DNA of 64,000 bases from Gammaproteobacteria bacterium (GTDB lineage: Bacteria; Pseudomonadota; Gammaproteobacteria; Ga0077536). How positions within the stretch are numbered: the stretch's first letter is position 1; each line of letters begins with the position of its first letter. Below the pieces are notes generated by a model. The model did no database searches. It saw only the letters and a list, made by a program, of their open reading frames with translations, and had not been told where the DNA came from. Of the stretch, positions 59,588 through 64,000 are shown one piece after another. Both the position numbers and the translations under genes were made by a program. The stretch lies in contig CAXXLL010000003.1 in assembly GCA_963662545.2 (NCBI GenBank), forward strand, positions 64,001 through 128,000, given 5' to 3'.

Positions 59588-60765
59588 CCTACCGCGCCGC
59601 GCCGGTCTGCGTGATCGTGCCGACCTTTAACCGGGCGGCAACCCTGCCGGACGCGATAAATAGTATTTTAAATCAGACTGTTAAGCCAGATCAAGTGATC
59701 GTCGTTAACGATGGGTCCAGCGACGAGACCGGACAGATCGTGCTGCCTTTTCTCGACCGCGTCACCTACATCGATAAGGACAACGGCGGTAAATGCTCGG
59801 CCATCAACGCGGCGCTAGAGCAGGCCGATCAGGAGTTTGTATGGGTGTTCGACGATGACGACGTCGCGTGCGAGGATGCTATTGAGCGGCATCTCGCGGT
59901 GCTGCAGCGCAGGCCGGAGATCGGATTCACGATCAGCGGGTCCTACCGCTGCCGTGAAGAACCCGAGACCGGGCGACTCGTTGTGATTCGGGCGCACGGT
60001 GTACGCGACTTTCACGATGACGATTATCTTCTCGAGTTGATGCTGAGCTCCTACATCGCCGGCCCTTCGACCATGATCCGGCGCTCGCTGATCGAACAGG
60101 TGGGTCCTTATCGCACGGATCTCGCGCGGGTAGACGATTTCGAAATGGCGTTGCGCCTGGGGCTCGTCAGCCGGCCGGGGCGGCTCGATGATCCGAAGCC
60201 GACGTACTACCGACGCTGGCACCGGGGACTGAGGGGCTGGCAAGACCAACGATTTGGATACGACGAAAGCATCGCCCACAGCCGTGAGGAAGAGCGCATG
60301 GTCCTGCGTGACATGCACGGCCGGATTGAGCTCAGGCATTACCTGCCGCGTTCGGATTGGGACAAGCCGTTCGACCGAGCTACCGAACGCAGTGCACGGC
60401 TGCGGCGGTGGGTCGTATCGGTGCAGAAGCACCTGTGGCCCGAAGCGGGCGAGGAATTCGAAGCACTGCGCGATCTCGGCCTCGCAAGTCTCAGCCTCTG
60501 TGATCTCGTGTGGGCCCAACGCGCCTTTTCAGACCTCAACGCACTCTCAGAACTGCGCGGGGACGAAGATGCCCTGCGGCAGCTACGCGAAGGGCTGTCC
60601 GATCCCAGCGCCCGGCGCCTCCGCCTCAGCGCTCTCAAGCAGTTTTACTATCATCTCCGCGCCAGCCTCAACAAACGCGAATGGCAGCGGATCGAAGTCG
60701 CGGCCGCGGTGGGCCGCGGTATTTTCGATATACGGGGCATCCTCGACGCCTTGATGGCGAGGTAG
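59584..60765 (+). CDS. glycosyltransferase family 2
   Basis: VIVPTFNRA, VVNDGSSD, NGGKCSAIN, FDDDD. Confidence 0.9.
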   Translation: MTYRAAPVCVIVPTFNRAATLPDAINSILNQTVKPDQVIVVNDGSSDETGQIVLPFLDRVTYIDKDNGGKCSAINAALEQADQEFVWVFDDDDVACEDAIERHLAVLQRRPEIGFTISGSYRCREEPETGRLVVIRAHGVRDFHDDDYLLELMLSSYIAGPSTMIRRSLIEQVGPYRTDLARVDDFEMALRLGLVSRPGRLDDPKPTYYRRWHRGLRGWQDQRFGYDESIAHSREEERMVLRDMHGRIELRHYLPRSDWDKPFDRATERSARLRRWVVSVQKHLWPEAGEEFEALRDLGLASLSLCDLVWAQRAFSDLNALSELRGDEDALRQLREGLSDPSARRLRLSALKQFYYHLRASLNKREWQRIEVAAAVGRGIFDIRGILDALMAR

Positions 60766-60779
60766 CAGGGTCGCGAACA

Positions 60780-62225
60780 ATGTCTGATTTTCGCCGCGCG
60801 GTGGTCCAGGCCACGACGGGCCAGTATATCTCGCTGCTCATCGGGTTCGCCTCGATCCTCGTCCTCGCACGCCTGCTGCTTCCCGAGGAAGTCGGCGTAT
60901 TTTCCGTCGGTGCTTCGGTCCTCGCGATCATCCACGTGTTCCGCGATTTCGGGATCGCCCAATATGTCGTGCGCGAACCGGAACTCACCGATGTCAAGCT
61001 GGGCACGTGTTTCTCGCTCTCGGTTGTCATCGCATGGATTTTCGCTGGATTTTTACTCGCCGCCGTTCCGAGCATAGCAACGTTCTACGAGCAGCCCGGG
61101 CTGAAGACGGTTTTGTGGATCCTGTCGGCGGGCCTGATGCTCGTACCCTTCAACAGCGTTCGGATGGCGCTGCTCCGCCGGGACATGCGATTCGACATTC
61201 TGTTCTTCGCGGATATCGCCAGTGCCTCGGCCAATGCGGTCGTTGCGATTACTCTGGCACTTCTGGGTTACGGTTTCGTCAGCCTCGCTTGGGGTGCACT
61301 CGCTTCGATCGGCGCGACGTTTCTGCTAGTGCAGTTATCCAGCGCAGGAGACCGCCACTTTCGGCCCGCCTTTTCCGAGTGGCGTAGCGTCTGCAGTTTC
61401 GGAGGCCTTGCACTCAGTCTAAACCTCGTAACGCGCGTCGGCAACAAAGCTCCGGATCTCATCATCGGTAAATCATCGGGCATGTTCGAGGTCGGGATTC
61501 TCTCCCGCGCGCGCGGATTGGTCGATCTGCTGCAAACGAGTTTTCTGAACACCATCAGCACTGTCACGTATTCGCAGATCTCCCGAAAATTCCGTGAGGG
61601 TAAGCCGCTGGGACAGGACTACCTGGTTGCCGTGTCCTACCTGAGCGTAATCGCGTGGCCATGCTACGCCTTCGTTTTAATCAATGCCGCTCAAATCATA
61701 CGCCTGCTATTCGGGCCGAACTGGGATGCCTCGGCGGCCCTGGTCGAAGTGTTGGTGCTAACGGGCTTCTTCGCGCCATTCTGGGTCTTTAACGGAACCT
61801 TTTTCACGACGATTGGAAAAATCGGCGTGCAATTTCGCATCCAGGCGGTTTCTCACTTCTTTAAAATCTGCGCGTGGCTGCTCGCTATTCCGTACGATCT
61901 GATGGCGGCCATTGCCGCCTACGTCGTGGTGCACTGTGCGACGGTGGTAGTGTCCTGCATAGTGCTGACCCGGACGCTTGAAATTCGCGCGAGCGATGCG
62001 CTCCGCCGCACCTTGCTCAGCCTGGCGGTTACCATTGGGGCGATATCGGTGCCCGTCCTCTCGCAAATCGCAGCGCTGGACCAGCGCATCGGAGCCAACG
62101 GCAGCCTGATCCTGAGCGCGGCTGCGCTCGCGCCGTGCTGGATTGGCGCCGTCTATCTGTTCCGTCATCCCATCCGCCGCGAAATCGATATCGGCATCGG
62201 TAAGCTGCGTGCGGCGTTCGGATAG
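60780..62225 (+). CDS. Wzx polysaccharide flippase
   Basis: LARLLLPEEVG, FRDFGIAQY, LRRDMRF, DLIIGK, LFGPNW; about 12 TM segments. Confidence 0.88.
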   Translation: MSDFRRAVVQATTGQYISLLIGFASILVLARLLLPEEVGVFSVGASVLAIIHVFRDFGIAQYVVREPELTDVKLGTCFSLSVVIAWIFAGFLLAAVPSIATFYEQPGLKTVLWILSAGLMLVPFNSVRMALLRRDMRFDILFFADIASASANAVVAITLALLGYGFVSLAWGALASIGATFLLVQLSSAGDRHFRPAFSEWRSVCSFGGLALSLNLVTRVGNKAPDLIIGKSSGMFEVGILSRARGLVDLLQTSFLNTISTVTYSQISRKFREGKPLGQDYLVAVSYLSVIAWPCYAFVLINAAQIIRLLFGPNWDASAALVEVLVLTGFFAPFWVFNGTFFTTIGKIGVQFRIQAVSHFFKICAWLLAIPYDLMAAIAAYVVVHCATVVVSCIVLTRTLEIRASDALRRTLLSLAVTIGAISVPVLSQIAALDQRIGANGSLILSAAALAPCWIGAVYLFRHPIRREIDIGIGKLRAAFG

Positions 62226-62380
62226 CAAACCCGCCTATTGCGCGAAGACGGTCGCGGCGCTAAGAGAATTAATTGAGCAAACAGAATTAATCGGGCCATT
62301 CAAGCGCCGCAGTAGGAGAATGGTGAAAGATTCGGGCGAGGTCGTCCCCGAGAGGGGTCTCATCCGTGACCCGCCTCCTC

Positions 62381-64000
62381 TCACTGCTTCGCGAGAAACG
62401 CGTCAAACATCAGCAAGGTCCACAATAACGCACTGTAATCCCGTCGCCCGGACTGATGCGCTTCGATCAGATGGCGCAGGAAACCCGTCTCAAAATATCC
62501 GGTCCCGTTCAACCTCGGCCCAAGCACGACCTCGCTTATGCGGGGCTTCAGCGGTCCGCGGAACCATTTGGCCAGCGGCACGGCGAAGCCCATCTTGGGT
62601 CGATAAAGCACATCGGCCGGGAGGTGGGGCTCGAGGGCCTTCTTGAAGACCGACTTGCCTTCGCCGCGGTGCAGCTTCATGTGCGGCGGCAGACCCGAGA
62701 TCCACTCGACCAGCTCGTGATCAAGCAGCGGCACACGCACCTCGAGCGCATGAGTCATGCTTGCGCGGTCTACCTTGGTAAGGATGTCGCCCACCAGATA
62801 GGTCTTCAGGTCCAGATACTGGATCAGTGACAGCGGATGGTCGGTCGGCGCACGTGCGGCATGCGCGCGCAACACCTCGCCGGCCTCGTATCCCTGCAGG
62901 TCGGATTTGAATGCTGGACTGAACAGACGGCCGCGCAGTTCGTCGTTGAACAGCGAGATGGTATGGAAATAAGCGGCGACTGAATCGCGCGCCAGGGCCT
63001 GGAATGTCGTCTTAGCGCGAAACACCCGCGGTGCCCAGTCCGCCTTCGGATACAAGCTGCCGAGCGGCCCGAACAGTGCTCGCCTTACCGGTAGGGGCAA
63101 TAGGTCACGGACCCGCTCTTCGGCCATGTGCAGCTTGTAGCGCCGGTAGCCGGCGAGGTTCTCGTCGCCGCCATCACCAGACAATGCGACCGTAACGCGC
63201 TCGCGCGCCAGCTCACAAACGCGGTAGGTCGGTAGCGCTGAACTATCGGCGAATGGTTCGTCGTATAGGTCGATCAGATGGTCTACCAAACCGAAATCGT
63301 CCGGGCTTACTTGCCTCACGTGATGGTTGGTTCGGAAGCGTCGCGCAATATCGGCGGCATAAGCGGATTCATCGAAACCCGGCACGTCGAATGCAATTGA
63401 GCAGGTGTTCACCGGATCGTTCTGCAGGCCTGCCATCATCGCGACGACCGCCGAGGAATCGACGCCGCCCGACAGGAATGCGCCGAGCGGCACTTCGGAG
63501 ACGAGGCGGATATCGACCGCCTCACGGATACGTTCGACCAGTTCGACGCGCGCGTCGGCTTCGTTAATGCCGGCGTCGAGCGCGAAGGGGACGTCCCAGT
63601 AATCGCGGGGCGACGACAGTGTGGCGCCGCGCCGCACGCACAGTACGTGCCCCGGCGACAACTTTGCTACAGATTTGTAAATGGTGCGGGGTTCCGGCAC
63701 GTAGCCGTAGGCAAAGTATTCCTCGACGGCGAGCGGATCGAGCGCCCGCCCCACAGCGGGATCGAGCATGATCGATTTCAGCTCCGAGGCGAACACCAGC
63801 CGCCCGTCCGGAAGTACGGCGTAGAGCAGCGGCTTGATGCCGAGCCGGTCGCGCGCGAGGAACAGGCACTCGCGGTTAGCGTCCCACACGGCGAAGGCGA
63901 ACATGCCGCGCAGGCGGGTGACGCACGCCTCGCCCCATTCGAGCCATGTATGCAGCAACACCTCGGTGTCCGAACGTGTGCGGAAGGCGTGCCCGGCGGC
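62381..64000 (-). CDS. asnB: XrtA/PEP-CTERM system asparagine synthetase-like amidotransferase; N-terminus outside the window
   Basis: TRSDTEV, RGMFAF, ARDRLGIKP, FLSGGVDSS, DEPFADSS, SGDGGDE, KVDRASM, RPKMGF. Confidence 0.92.
   Translation of the reverse strand, partial: AAGHAFRTRSDTEVLLHTWLEWGEACVTRLRGMFAFAVWDANRECLFLARDRLGIKPLLYAVLPDGRLVFASELKSIMLDPAVGRALDPLAVEEYFAYGYVPEPRTIYKSVAKLSPGHVLCVRRGATLSSPRDYWDVPFALDAGINEADARVELVERIREAVDIRLVSEVPLGAFLSGGVDSSAVVAMMAGLQNDPVNTCSIAFDVPGFDESAYAADIARRFRTNHHVRQVSPDDFGLVDHLIDLYDEPFADSSALPTYRVCELARERVTVALSGDGGDENLAGYRRYKLHMAEERVRDLLPLPVRRALFGPLGSLYPKADWAPRVFRAKTTFQALARDSVAAYFHTISLFNDELRGRLFSPAFKSDLQGYEAGEVLRAHAARAPTDHPLSLIQYLDLKTYLVGDILTKVDRASMTHALEVRVPLLDHELVEWISGLPPHMKLHRGEGKSVFKKALEPHLPADVLYRPKMGFAVPLAKWFRGPLKPRISEVVLGPRLNGTGYFETGFLRHLIEAHQSGRRDYSALLWTLLMFDAFLAKQ

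Overview
GC-rich proteobacterial (probably gammaproteobacterial) window with two functional blocks. (1) 1-25.2 kb is a C1-oxidation region. It holds H4MPT/methanofuran pathway genes (orf5', mch, orfY, mptG), fhcBADC running directly into a tungsten-type NAD-linked formate dehydrogenase (fdh1B/fdh1A), and a lanthanide-type PQQ methanol dehydrogenase locus ordered xoxF - pseudoazurin - xoxJ - hypothetical, with no cytochrome xoxG. fdh1A is bracketed by two toxin-antitoxin modules (RelE/ParE-RHH and VapC-AbrB). Each module sits between direct repeats made of duplicated, partly diverged fdh coding sequence (119 bp and ~690 bp), with no recombinase nearby. (2) 15.2-17.3 kb and 25.3-64 kb form a large exosortase A/PEP-CTERM-type surface-polysaccharide locus: glycosyl-, methyl-, sulfo-, carbamoyl- and acyltransferases, an ACP/ligase/decarboxylase/hydrolase module, Wzx and AsnB-like proteins. 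This locus is visibly decaying, with many truncated or frameshifted genes and two near-identical IS21 copies that lack target duplications. The best candidates for novelty are the cupredoxin in the XoxG slot and the homology-anchored TA modules around fdh1A. No rRNA, tRNA or CRISPR array was seen. All family assignments come from motif recognition, not database searches.
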